Below, piece by piece: positions 9,558 to 18,708 of a stretch of 64,000 nt of DNA (position 1 is its first letter; each line of letters begins with the position of its first letter). The notes beneath the pieces are model-generated. The model saw only the letters and a program-made list of their open reading frames with translations, made no database searches and was not told the origin of the DNA. Source of the stretch: Treponema sp. (GTDB lineage: Bacteria > Spirochaetota > Spirochaetia > Treponematales > Breznakiellaceae); the NCBI GenBank assembly GCA_031282065.1, contig JAITEL010000105.1, forward strand, positions 1,772 through 65,771, given 5' to 3'. The position numbers and the translations under genes are program-made.

Positions 9558-9655
9558 CGGGCCCCTTGAACATACTCGGCAAACAGGCCATACTGGTTTG
9601 GGCTTTTTGCAGCGGTGAGGCGCTGCAAAGAACAGCTTATAAAAGGAGAAATACC

Positions 9656-10372
9656 ATGATCGATTACTATGTAAAGCGCAGCGGACTAGAGGGTACAGAA
9701 AACCAGACCTGCCATGCGGTGGTTACCCATACCGAAGGGCTTAGCCAGGAGAACTTCATCAAAATGCTCAGGGAAGTGCTGAACATCAACGAGGGAGAGG
9801 CCAAACGGGTCATAGCAGGCATAGGGACCGCTGCCCGGAACCTCCTGTCCCAGGGCTGGAGCTTCAAGATAGAAGGCATAGGCTCCTTCAGCCTGAGCAT
9901 CACCGGCTCCTTCCCCAGCCCGGACGCTCCCTTTAATGCGGCCACGAACAAAATTGCCGTGCGCTTCCTGGCGGACAAGGAACTCACCGCGGCGGCGCAA
10001 AGCGCGGGCCTGAACCGGCTGCACGGGGTCGAACACGGTCCTGTCATTGATAATGTGGAAGACAAGGCCAGCGCCGCGATAAACGCCAAGCTCACCCCCG
10101 GACACGGAGTCCTGATAAGCGGCAAAGACATCAAGATAAGCGGCACCGACAGTACCGTAGGCATACACCTTATAGACGAATCAGGGAATGCCCTTACGGT
10201 GCCCTCCGGGGACATCCTGGAAAACGGCCCGACCAAACTGCTGTTCATCTGCCCTTCTTTGAGTCCGGGGGTCTATACGATACAAATAAGCACCCAATAT
10301 GCCGGAAGCAAGGAACTGGCCCACCCCCGCTCATACCTTTTTAACGCCCCTTTAACGGTAAGCGCCCCCTAG
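9656..10372 (+). CDS. HU-like DNA-binding domain protein with C-terminal Ig-like region (possibly DUF4469-type)
   Basis: aaaaggag RBS upstream of ATG 9656. The N-terminus resembles the HU/IHF fold pattern: ENFIKMLREVLNINEGEAKRVIAGIGTAARNLLSQGWSFKIEGIGSF. The family name is from memory and was not searched. Confidence 0.55.
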   Translation: MIDYYVKRSGLEGTENQTCHAVVTHTEGLSQENFIKMLREVLNINEGEAKRVIAGIGTAARNLLSQGWSFKIEGIGSFSLSITGSFPSPDAPFNAATNKIAVRFLADKELTAAAQSAGLNRLHGVEHGPVIDNVEDKASAAINAKLTPGHGVLISGKDIKISGTDSTVGIHLIDESGNALTVPSGDILENGPTKLLFICPSLSPGVYTIQISTQYAGSKELAHPRSYLFNAPLTVSAP

Positions 10373-10485
10373 TTAAGGCAAGGCTCTTGTCCTGGTTAAG
10401 ACAAGGCTCTTGTCCTAGTTAAGACAAGGTGCTTGTCCTAGTTAAGGCAAGGCTCTTGTCCCAGTTAAGGCAAGGCTCTTGTCCC
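10371..10485. repeat. 23-bp tandem repeat x5, each unit containing a GACAAG-GCT-CTTGTC type palindrome
   Basis: Units at 10371, 10394, 10417, 10440 and 10463 (agttaaggcaaggctcttgtccc and variants). The array starts inside the stop codon of the upstream gene. Confidence 0.95.
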
Positions 10486-10520
10486 AGGGCGGCTGTCTTT
10501 AAACCCTAAGGAGTAAACCC

Positions 10521-11141
10521 ATGGAAAACGAAGCAACTGTAGCTGATGTACTGGCAATAATAGACCGGATGTCTCAAGAGACCCAAGCCATGCTGGAAAA
10601 GACCGGCGCCGAGATGAGAGCTATGTTTAAGGCCACGGACGAACAGATAAAGGCCACGGACAAACAGATACAGGAGACCAATAAACAGATAAAGGCCACC
10701 AATAGAAAGATAGGCGAACTGGGCGACCGGCTGGGCGAAATCGCCGAGTACCTGGTCTCCCCCCACCTGGAGGAACAGTTCAAGCGCTTCAACATCTTTC
10801 TGGATACCTGCATCATGCGGCACAGCTTAGAGGAACCGGGAAAGGGCATCATCGCGGAGATAGACATCTTTCTTTCCAATGGGGACTATGCGGTGGCCGT
10901 AGAGGTAAAGACCAAACCGGATATCCAAGACGTAGCGGATCATGCGGAACGCATGAAGAAGATCCGGGCCTATGCGGATAAACACCAGGACCGGCGGAAA
11001 TACCTGGGGGCTGTAGCGGGGATGGTGGTAAGGGATCAGGTGAAGGCCTATGCGTACAAACAGGGCTTTCCGGTACTGGTGCCATCGGGGGAGAGCATAG
11101 CCCTTGAGTGTCCGGAGGGATTCACCCCTAAAGAATGGTGA
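10521..11141 (+). CDS. coiled-coil protein with C-terminal PD-(D/E)XK nuclease-like motif
   Basis: N-terminal heptads KATDEQI KATDKQI QETNKQI KATNRKI. C-terminal EIDIFLSNGDYAVAVEVK fits the D...E-x-K pattern of restriction-endonuclease-like folds. The assignment is by motif only. Confidence 0.45.
   Translation: MENEATVADVLAIIDRMSQETQAMLEKTGAEMRAMFKATDEQIKATDKQIQETNKQIKATNRKIGELGDRLGEIAEYLVSPHLEEQFKRFNIFLDTCIMRHSLEEPGKGIIAEIDIFLSNGDYAVAVEVKTKPDIQDVADHAERMKKIRAYADKHQDRRKYLGAVAGMVVRDQVKAYAYKQGFPVLVPSGESIALECPEGFTPKEW
10629..10712 (+). repeat. 21-bp coding tandem repeat x4 (heptad repeat)
   Basis: aaggccacggacgaacagata / aaggccacggacaaacagata / caggagaccaataaacagata / aaggccaccaatagaaagata. Confidence 0.9.
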
Positions 11142-11236
11142 ACCGGGCGCCTGCCCGTGACAAGCCTCAACATTTGGATAGGCGTACTCAAGAGTCGTAT
11201 ATTTTATAGCAGAATAGCTTTTCATATGGAGGATAC

Positions 11237-12253
11237 ATGAAGCGTATCGGTCGTATGCTGGTGTTATGCCTGGTCTTTTTGGGGGTCCTTTCGGTGGCTC
11301 CCGCGTTTGCCCAGCGGCGGAAGATCACTATCAAACTGGCGTCTTTAGTTCCTGAAAATACCCCCTGGGGGGCTGCCTTAAACCGCATGGCTCAGGAATG
11401 GGGCAGCGCCACCCAGGGGGCCGTGGAACTTATCATTTACCACAACGGTATAGCCGGAAGCGAAGGGGATGTGCTGCGCAAACTCAAGGGCAACCAGATT
11501 CAGGCGGCGATTTTAAGCTCCTTCGGACTCAATGCCATCACCCCCGGCAATGAGATTATGACCGTAAGCTGCCCCTTTCTTATCAGGAATAACGAAGAAC
11601 TCGACCTGGTTCTCGGCAGCTTCAAACCCTATCTGGAAGAGCGGATCAACCGGGCGGGCTTCTTTACCCTGGCCTGGTCCAAGGCCGGGTGGGTACGGTT
11701 CTTCTCCAAGGCCCCGGTCTTTGTTCCGGGGGATCTGAAACGGCAAAAACTGGGTACCAATGAACAGGAACCGGCCCTCATGGATGCCTTCAAGGCTATG
11801 GGCTATCAGATGGTCCCGGTGGCTATGAACCAGGTCCTGGTGTACCTCAATGGGGGCATGATAGATGCGGTGTATCAAAGCCCGGTCAATGTGGGGGGCC
11901 TGCAGATCTTTGGGGTGGCTAAAAACATGGCTTCCATTAATATTGCCCCCTTCATGGGAGGCATAGTGCTGAACCAGACCGCCTGGCGTTCTATTCCCGA
12001 ATCCTATAAACCGGCCCTGTTACGCATCGCCAAAAGGCTGGAAGCGGAACTGGATACCTCTATTCAGCAGCTTGAAGGAGAGGCCATAGCCACAATGAGC
12101 AAGTACGGCCTGGTCATCAACCAGCTCAGCCCTGCCCAGGAACAACTGTGGTACGATGATGTAAACCGGGTCATCCCTTCCCTTTTGGGCACTGCCTTTA
12201 ACCGGGAATTATATGAACGGATTGAAAGCCTGCTCAAGGCCCATCGCCGGTAG
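11237..12253 (+). CDS. dctP: TRAP transporter substrate-binding protein (DctP family)
   Basis: Signal peptide. The size of about 338 aa and the sequence pattern are typical of DctP-type SBPs. A fused TRAP permease follows immediately. Confidence 0.8.
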   Translation: MKRIGRMLVLCLVFLGVLSVAPAFAQRRKITIKLASLVPENTPWGAALNRMAQEWGSATQGAVELIIYHNGIAGSEGDVLRKLKGNQIQAAILSSFGLNAITPGNEIMTVSCPFLIRNNEELDLVLGSFKPYLEERINRAGFFTLAWSKAGWVRFFSKAPVFVPGDLKRQKLGTNEQEPALMDAFKAMGYQMVPVAMNQVLVYLNGGMIDAVYQSPVNVGGLQIFGVAKNMASINIAPFMGGIVLNQTAWRSIPESYKPALLRIAKRLEAELDTSIQQLEGEAIATMSKYGLVINQLSPAQEQLWYDDVNRVIPSLLGTAFNRELYERIESLLKAHRR

Positions 12254-12262
12254 GCCTGTACC

Positions 12263-14146
12263 ATGCGGAAAAACCCCCCGATCTTATGGACCATTGAACA
12301 GGGTATCTGTTATGTTTCCCTGATCTGTCTTACCCTGCTCCCCGGGGCAGAGGCCCTGCTGCGGCTCTGCTTCCATTCCCGCGTCCCTGCGTCTCCCGGG
12401 CTTATCGTACACCTCTTGCTGACCCTGGGGCTGCTTTCCGGGATGAGTACCACCAGGCAAAAGGATCACCTGTCCATAGGACTGATTCAGTACAGTACTA
12501 TAGAAGAAAACCGGGGGTTTAAGCGGTTCCTGGCTACCTTCTCAGGTCTCTTGTCCGCTTTTATCCTTACGATGTTCGCCTGGTGTTCTGCTTCCTTTAT
12601 CAAGATCTACCTTTCCCCCTATCAGATCATAGGGTTTATCCCGGATCAGGTTTTTGCCCTGGTCATGCCCCTCGGCTATGGGGTCATGGCCTTCCGCTTT
12701 GCCCGAAGCACCCCCCTGGCAGAAACCAAGGGAAGCGCCCGGATCCTGCTGCCGGCCCTGGCGCTCCTTTTGGGAACGGTCTGCGCACTCCCCGCACTGT
12801 TCAAGTTTATCTGGGGCTTTGATGCCCCTCCCCTGGCCTATCAGATAAGCGAAGCCTTTGCCGCCCTCGCCTGGTACCTCAAGACGCCGGCGCTCATCCT
12901 CCTTGTCCTCGCTGCCTTAGGGGGAACTCCCCTGTTCGTGGTCATTGGAGCCGCCGCGCTGCTCCTCATACAAGGCTCCGGCGGGGAAATGGACGTCATT
13001 GCCAACCAGATTTACACGGCCCTTACCCAAAACAGCTTTGTGGCCATTCCTCTCTTTACCCTGGCGGGCTTCTTCCTTTCCGAGAGTAAAGCCGGGGAGC
13101 GCTTGATCCGCTGTTTCAGGAGTCTTTTCGGCTGGCTGCCCGGAGGTATCATCATTGCCGCGGTGTGCATGTGTACCTTTTTCACCTCCTTTACCGGCGC
13201 TTCCGGGGTAACCATCCTTGCCTTGGGAGGCATCCTCTATAGGGTGCTCTCGGAGAACGCCTCCTACTCGCCCAAGCTCTCCATAGGGCTGCTCACCGCT
13301 TCAGGGAGCATGGGCATCCTCTTTCCCCCAAGCCTGGCCATCATCCTCGTAGGGGCCACCACCCGGACCAATACGATCCACCTCTTCCTGGGAGGCATCA
13401 TCCCCGGCCTCATCCTGGTAGGCGGGGTGATCCTGGTGGGGCTTATCATCTCGGTTAAAACCAAGGTGCCCCTGGAACCCTTTCGGCTCAGAAAGGCCGG
13501 GGCAGCCCTCAAAGGATCCTTCTTGGAGATCCTCTTACCCTTGCTGCTCATTGCCGGGTATTTTTCCGGGATCCTGTCCCTGGTGGAGATAGGCTCTGCG
13601 GCAGTGGTCTATGTCTTTGTGGTGGAGGTCCTGGTGTTTAAGGATATCCGGCTCAAGGATATTTCCCGGGTTTTTGCCAAGGCAGTCCCCATCATCGGGG
13701 GTATCCTCTCCATACTGGCCGTCTCCCAGGCTCTCTCCTACTATATCGTGGATACCCAGGGCCCGGAACGCTTTGCCCGGTGGATGCAAGGGGCGGTCAC
13801 CTCGAAGTACCTGTTCCTTTTCATCCTCAATATGGGGCTCCTGCTCATAGGCTGCCTCATCGACATCTTCTCCGCGATTCTGATTGTCCTGCCCCTGATT
13901 TTCCCCCTGGGCGCTGCCTACGGCATAGACCCGGTCCATTTGGGGATCATCTTCCTTATCAACCTGGAGACCGGCTTCCTCACGCCGCCGGTAGGCATGA
14001 ATCTGTTCCTGGCCAGTTACCGTTTCAGAAAACCCTTTGCAGCCATTTCCCGGTATGTGTTCCCCTTCCTGCTTATCCAGTTGGGCGTGGTCTTTATCGT
14101 TACCTATGTACCTATGCTTTCAACCTATCTGACTAAACTGTATTAA
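12263..14146 (+). CDS. TRAP transporter fused small/large permease (DctQ-DctM)
   Basis: 627-aa polytopic membrane protein. The DctM-like C-terminal region includes FLINLETGFLTPPVGMNLF. It starts 10 nt after the SBP gene. Confidence 0.8.
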   Translation: MRKNPPILWTIEQGICYVSLICLTLLPGAEALLRLCFHSRVPASPGLIVHLLLTLGLLSGMSTTRQKDHLSIGLIQYSTIEENRGFKRFLATFSGLLSAFILTMFAWCSASFIKIYLSPYQIIGFIPDQVFALVMPLGYGVMAFRFARSTPLAETKGSARILLPALALLLGTVCALPALFKFIWGFDAPPLAYQISEAFAALAWYLKTPALILLVLAALGGTPLFVVIGAAALLLIQGSGGEMDVIANQIYTALTQNSFVAIPLFTLAGFFLSESKAGERLIRCFRSLFGWLPGGIIIAAVCMCTFFTSFTGASGVTILALGGILYRVLSENASYSPKLSIGLLTASGSMGILFPPSLAIILVGATTRTNTIHLFLGGIIPGLILVGGVILVGLIISVKTKVPLEPFRLRKAGAALKGSFLEILLPLLLIAGYFSGILSLVEIGSAAVVYVFVVEVLVFKDIRLKDISRVFAKAVPIIGGILSILAVSQALSYYIVDTQGPERFARWMQGAVTSKYLFLFILNMGLLLIGCLIDIFSAILIVLPLIFPLGAAYGIDPVHLGIIFLINLETGFLTPPVGMNLFLASYRFRKPFAAISRYVFPFLLIQLGVVFIVTYVPMLSTYLTKLY

Positions 14147-14156
14147 AAGAGCGCTT

Positions 14157-14969
14157 ATGAAGGTCAAGAAAGAAGAACCTTATATCCCCCGGCTGGATAT
14201 CCTATACCCCCAGGATCCAGAGGATCACCTGATCCCGGTGCCCCAAGAAGTGGAGGTAAGTATAGACGAGCACTATCCCTTCATTGACAAATCCCTGGGC
14301 TTTAGGATCAAAAGCGCGCTCTTGTATCTGGGCATCTTTACCCTGGTCTTTATAGTGTGCCCCCTTCGTTTTGGCCTCAGGATCGAGGGCCGGGACAAGC
14401 TCAAGAAGCACCGGGCCTTGTTTCGTAAAGGGGCGCTCACCGTATCGAACCACATCTTGCGCTGGGATTTTCTGTGTATCCTCCAAGCGGTCCGCTTTCG
14501 GCGTTTGTATTTTCCGGCATGGAAAGAAAACATCACCGGCCCTGACCGTAAGCTCATCCGCTGGGCCGGGGGCATCCCGGTTCCCACGGATATTCACGTA
14601 ATCAAGTACTTTAACCAGGCCTTTGACGAGCTCCACCGGCGGCGAAAATGGTTTCATGTCTTTCCCGAAGGCAGCAACTGGCCCTACTATCAGCCTATCC
14701 GGCCTTTTAAGAAGGGCATGTTCACGATGGCCTATAGGTACCAGATCCCGGTCATTCCTATGGCTTTCTCGTACCGAAGGCCCGGGGGGCTGTATAAGCT
14801 CTTCAAGAAGAACTACCCCCTTATCACGCTGCGGATAGGGGACCCCCTGGTCCCGGACCTGAGCCTTCCCCGCAAAGAAGCGGTGAGCCTCCTGCGGGAA
14901 CAGTGCCATAAGCGCATTGTGGAGCTTGCCGGTATTCGGGATAATCCCTACCCCTGCGAAGGGGACTAA
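14157..14969 (+). CDS. lysophospholipid / 1-acyl-sn-glycerol-3-phosphate acyltransferase family
   Basis: H(X)4D motif NHILRWD and FPEGS block, with an N-terminal TM segment. Confidence 0.8.
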   Translation: MKVKKEEPYIPRLDILYPQDPEDHLIPVPQEVEVSIDEHYPFIDKSLGFRIKSALLYLGIFTLVFIVCPLRFGLRIEGRDKLKKHRALFRKGALTVSNHILRWDFLCILQAVRFRRLYFPAWKENITGPDRKLIRWAGGIPVPTDIHVIKYFNQAFDELHRRRKWFHVFPEGSNWPYYQPIRPFKKGMFTMAYRYQIPVIPMAFSYRRPGGLYKLFKKNYPLITLRIGDPLVPDLSLPRKEAVSLLREQCHKRIVELAGIRDNPYPCEGD

Positions 14970-14985
14970 GCTCACCCTTCCCCTA

Positions 14986-15459
14986 TTACTTACCAAACTT
15001 TGAAAAATAGCGGGCCATATCGTATTTATCAATAGGGTAATGGGGCGCGCCATGGGCTTTTTGCATGGCCCATGCCCAGGGGCTGCTTTTTTCCTGAGAC
15101 CAGGCGGTAAGCTCCTCCGTGCTTCGCGCTGCAAAGGCGATAATGCCCCGATCAATTAAGGGAAGGGCATGGTAGTTCTCTAAGTGTTTTTTTATGGTAT
15201 CAGGCGTCTCGGATACGGCAAGGGGAACATCCGGGTGTTCGGAAATCCACTTATACACCCGGGGATAGATAGGGCCGTCGTCCCAGGCCTGGGCATTTTC
15301 CTTGATGATATTGATCCCATAGGCCAGTAATATACCTTCACATATATACATGATTTTATTAAGCTTCGTAGGTCCTAGTTCGTATTGGACATGGTACAGC
15401 TCTTCCAACTCTTTCGCACGCCATACAAGATATTTGGCAAACTCAACACTATCTATCAT
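14986..15459 (-). CDS. Panacea (DUF4065 / SocA / GepA-like) domain protein, putative orphan antitoxin
   Basis: SVEFAKYLVWRAKELEELYHVQYELGPTKLNKIMYICEGILLAYG...AWDDGPIYPRVY matches the Panacea-domain pattern as I remember it. The start is uncertain (ATG 15459 or GTG 15483). The segment is visibly lower in GC. Confidence 0.6.
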   Translation of the reverse strand: MIDSVEFAKYLVWRAKELEELYHVQYELGPTKLNKIMYICEGILLAYGINIIKENAQAWDDGPIYPRVYKWISEHPDVPLAVSETPDTIKKHLENYHALPLIDRGIIAFAARSTEELTAWSQEKSSPWAWAMQKAHGAPHYPIDKYDMARYFSKFGK

Positions 15460-15517
15460 CTGCTTTCCCTTTACCTCCACCACTGTAAGTATCAGATTCT
15501 AACGGTAGTACAATACC

Positions 15518-15534
15518 CTATACTGTAGGTATAG
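15518..15534. promoter_or_regulatory. 17-bp palindrome CTATAC-TGTAG-GTATAG upstream of the Panacea-domain gene
   Basis: Perfect 6-bp arms, read directly, about 60 nt upstream of ATG 15459. Possible autoregulatory operator. Confidence 0.3.
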
Positions 15535-15630
15535 AGGCTGCCATATCTTGTATTATTTTAAAGTTTTTTTCAGTATAAAGGGATTTTTAGAGGAGGGGGC
15601 CGACGGGCCCCCTCGCCTTCGGGAACTTTT

Positions 15631-16806
15631 CTACCAGGTTTCCATAGCCTGCTTAAAGGCCGAAGCAGAAGCCTGGATGTGCTTTTCGTCCACACAGTAG
15701 GCGAAACGTATCCAGCCGGGTGTGCCGAAGCCGCTGCCCGGAACCCCCAAGATGCGGTACTGTTTGAGGTGATCCACAAAGGCCCGATCATCCCCCTTGG
15801 GGACTTGGCAAAACAGATAAAAGGCCCCTTCCGGCTCTGCATAGCGGATGCCCGCGGCATCCAGAACCTGCTTAAAAGCGTCCCGCCGCCTTTCGTACAC
15901 CGATACATCCACCCGGGCAAAGGTAAGGGCTGCCACGATACGCTGCATCAGCGCCGGAGCATTCACAAAACCCAGGATCCGGGTGGTATAGATGAGGGCA
16001 TTAAGCAGCTCCTCGGTATCCTGGTTAAGAGGGCTCACCGCAATATACCCGATCCGTTCCCCCGGCAAGGAAAGGCTCTTGGAATAGGAGTTCACCACCA
16101 CGGATGCATTATACGCACAGAGTATGGGGGGCACCTGGGTGGTATAGGCGATTTCCCGGTAGGGTTCATCCGCAATGAGATAGGGCAGGCGGCCTGAAGC
16201 CCTGCCCCAGGACTGCAAGACCTCCGCGAGTTCCGTGATGGTCCCTGCCGGGTAAATGCGTCCGGTGGGGTTGTGGGGGGAATTGATGAGCACTGCCGCG
16301 GTCTTCTGCGAAAGCCGCTCCTGTATTGCCCTGATGTTCAGGTTGAAATCCGGAAGGGCGTCCACTTCCCGCAAACGGCCTCCGTGGTTGGCCACATAGG
16401 CGCGGTATTCCATGAAATAGGGCCGGGAGACGATGACCTCATCCCCTGGATTGAGTATGGCCTTGAGGACCACATTAAGACCCCCCGCGGCTCCTACAGA
16501 CATGATGATATGGGAACCATTGAGGGTTATGCCCTGTTCCCGGGAGACCTTTTCTGCCAAAGCCTCGCGGACTTCAGGATAACCGGCGTTGGGCATGTAG
16601 CCGTGGGAGCCCTTCTTATCTTCCTTGGCCAGTTTGGTAAAGACCCGGTGGAAAGCCGGAGGCGGCTCTATATCGGGGTTTCCTATGGAAAAATCGAATA
16701 CCCTATCTGGTCCATATTGTTTCTTGAGCTGGTTTCCTTCTTCAAACATTTTTCGTATCAATGACGCGGAACCCAGGGCTTCTCGTATCGAATCGGCAAT
16801 AGGCAT
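15631..16806 (-). CDS. class I/II PLP-dependent aminotransferase (aspartate/alanine aminotransferase-like)
   Basis: FSIGNPD N-terminal block, SYSKSLSLPGERIGY (PLP Lys), NSPHNPTG. GGAGG RBS upstream of ATG 16806, an internal Met of the tracked ORF. Confidence 0.9.
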   Translation of the reverse strand: MPIADSIREALGSASLIRKMFEEGNQLKKQYGPDRVFDFSIGNPDIEPPPAFHRVFTKLAKEDKKGSHGYMPNAGYPEVREALAEKVSREQGITLNGSHIIMSVGAAGGLNVVLKAILNPGDEVIVSRPYFMEYRAYVANHGGRLREVDALPDFNLNIRAIQERLSQKTAAVLINSPHNPTGRIYPAGTITELAEVLQSWGRASGRLPYLIADEPYREIAYTTQVPPILCAYNASVVVNSYSKSLSLPGERIGYIAVSPLNQDTEELLNALIYTTRILGFVNAPALMQRIVAALTFARVDVSVYERRRDAFKQVLDAAGIRYAEPEGAFYLFCQVPKGDDRAFVDHLKQYRILGVPGSGFGTPGWIRFAYCVDEKHIQASASAFKQAMETW

Positions 16807-16982
16807 ATATACCTCCATTTTTTTACTATAGCCCATAGGAGAGAGTTGCGTAAACCTGGTGGATATCCTCCCGGCTGGGTTTTGTTTTGAGGCAACCGGG
16901 AGTCCCGGTAAAGAGATCAAGAGATTTTATACCAGCCTGGGGAGCCTGTTCGTCGTATAGCGATGATTGCCCGGACCGGTTC

Positions 16983-17816
16983 TTACAGCCACAGGTATAC
17001 CCGATGCAAGTAGGTACAGATAAACCATGTTCCTATACAAAGGAAGGCCAAACCAGGGAACGGGGTGATCCAGGTATCCGCTCCTAAGAGCAGGTTCCTT
17101 CCCAGGATAGCCAAGAGGGAACCGATGCCTATGAAAATATATTCCTTAGCCCCTCTGGAATAGGCTGAAATAAAGAAGCTCACCACGGTTATTAAGACCA
17201 TGCCTCCTTCAAGGATGCCGAACATGGCCGGGTAGCCGCTTATCATACGGAAACTGCTGTCCCAGGAAAGGCCGTCAATGGGAATGCCCCGGGTAATCAC
17301 CAGGGTACTGAAGATGATGATCAAGATCATGCTGCTTTGTTTTTGCACTTCCAGCCCCGCGGCGTACACACTGGCCGCAAACAATGACAGAATACCTATA
17401 TAACGGCCAAAGAGGAGTACTCTGGAGGCCATGATGAGGTACACACTGGGAAGATCGTATTTTAGTTTTAAGGGCACCATGATACGGCTTCCTTCCAAAG
17501 CAAAGGAAAGCACAAACAGGGCTATGTAGAGGATCTCCGGGGAATGGGTCTTTTCAAAGTACCGGTAAATCACCATGGTGGTAATACACGCATAGAGCAT
17601 GGCGCAGATCATGGAAACCAAGGGCACATAGGGACTAGGCGCTAAGAAAGACGCCCCCAAAGCCTGGAAAATCCCTGAGGAGCGCCGGGTCGTTTCTGCC
17701 AGTACCGCAGGATAGACCGGCATTATGAAGAAGGCCATACTACCCACACCGATCAGAACCAGGCTAGCCATACAAATCTCCCCCTTAAAGAGGGTGTTCC
17801 GCTCTGACAAAGTCAT
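16983..17816 (-). CDS. polytopic membrane protein, function unknown
   Basis: 277-aa ORF with about 8 hydrophobic segments. No motif recognised. Confidence 0.5.
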   Translation of the reverse strand: MTLSERNTLFKGEICMASLVLIGVGSMAFFIMPVYPAVLAETTRRSSGIFQALGASFLAPSPYVPLVSMICAMLYACITTMVIYRYFEKTHSPEILYIALFVLSFALEGSRIMVPLKLKYDLPSVYLIMASRVLLFGRYIGILSLFAASVYAAGLEVQKQSSMILIIIFSTLVITRGIPIDGLSWDSSFRMISGYPAMFGILEGGMVLITVVSFFISAYSRGAKEYIFIGIGSLLAILGRNLLLGADTWITPFPGLAFLCIGTWFICTYLHRVYLWL

Positions 17817-17957
17817 AGCCTAAGCATACGCTACAAAGGGGGCTAACTCAAGCAGCTTGACCTCTTAAGGGGTATACTTTTTTTCCGATAAGTAAAAGAA
17901 GCGGTTTCAAAAGCTATCGAGTTTTGAAACGGGCTCAAGGATAGAGAGGAGGCTTTT

Positions 17958-18707
17958 GTGGTTGAACATACCTGTCCCCGGTTTAGAAAGCACACGCCCT
18001 ATGGTAAGGGATTTCCTCCGGGAATCATCATCACCGTGTTTTTGTTGTCGGGCGCTTCCTGTATATGGGCAGGAGATATGGCATCCTATGTGGATCTGGG
18101 CTTTTCCCAGGATGGAAAAACCTATATGTTTGCCCAGTATGGGGTGCAGGAGAAAACCTTACGGCCTTGGGCGGATTTATTTGTGGTGGATGTACCGAAG
18201 AACACCTTTGTAAGCGGAGGCAGGGTTTCCTTTATACACGATAGTCCGGTAAAGGCAGGCCAAGACGGTTCTGGGGCCTTGTACCGTATTATCTCCCGTA
18301 ACACCGCCCTGGCGGACAGGTACGGCATCAATTACCTGCTGCTGGGACAGGCCCTGTACCTTTCTCTGGATGGGGCGGATGTGGGGGTTTCAGGAGAAAC
18401 CATAGAGTTTCGGGACTTTGAGCCTGAAATTACCTACAAGGCCCAACTGGTACCGACCATTGAAGGCAGCGGAAAGGATCTTAAATCTTCTTTTTACATT
18501 AACCTGGCGCGGACCCACAAGGACCACTCCACCCTCCTCTATACCGTAGGCACTCCTCAGGTGAAACGGCCGCTCATCAGTGCGTACCGGATTAAGAAGG
18601 TGATTGCCAGTCCCCAGTACAATTCCCTTATATTCGTGATTGAAATGAGAAAACCGGGGGACAATGGTATGGATATCCGGTATATGGTGGAAGCGGTAAC
18701 CCTCTAG
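17958..18707 (+). CDS. secreted protein, function unknown (possibly DUF2259-like)
   Basis: GGAGG lies 7 nt upstream of the GTG start. Signal-like segment IIITVFLLSGASCIWAG. The family name is tentative. Confidence 0.5.
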   Translation: MVEHTCPRFRKHTPYGKGFPPGIIITVFLLSGASCIWAGDMASYVDLGFSQDGKTYMFAQYGVQEKTLRPWADLFVVDVPKNTFVSGGRVSFIHDSPVKAGQDGSGALYRIISRNTALADRYGINYLLLGQALYLSLDGADVGVSGETIEFRDFEPEITYKAQLVPTIEGSGKDLKSSFYINLARTHKDHSTLLYTVGTPQVKRPLISAYRIKKVIASPQYNSLIFVIEMRKPGDNGMDIRYMVEAVTL

Positions 18708-18708
18708 C

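Noticed and set aside
10371-10485. The tandem arrays at 10.4, 20.3, 30.6, 51.3 and 61.9 kb as CRISPR arrays
   Set aside because: The units are directly adjacent with no unique spacers. No cas genes are present.
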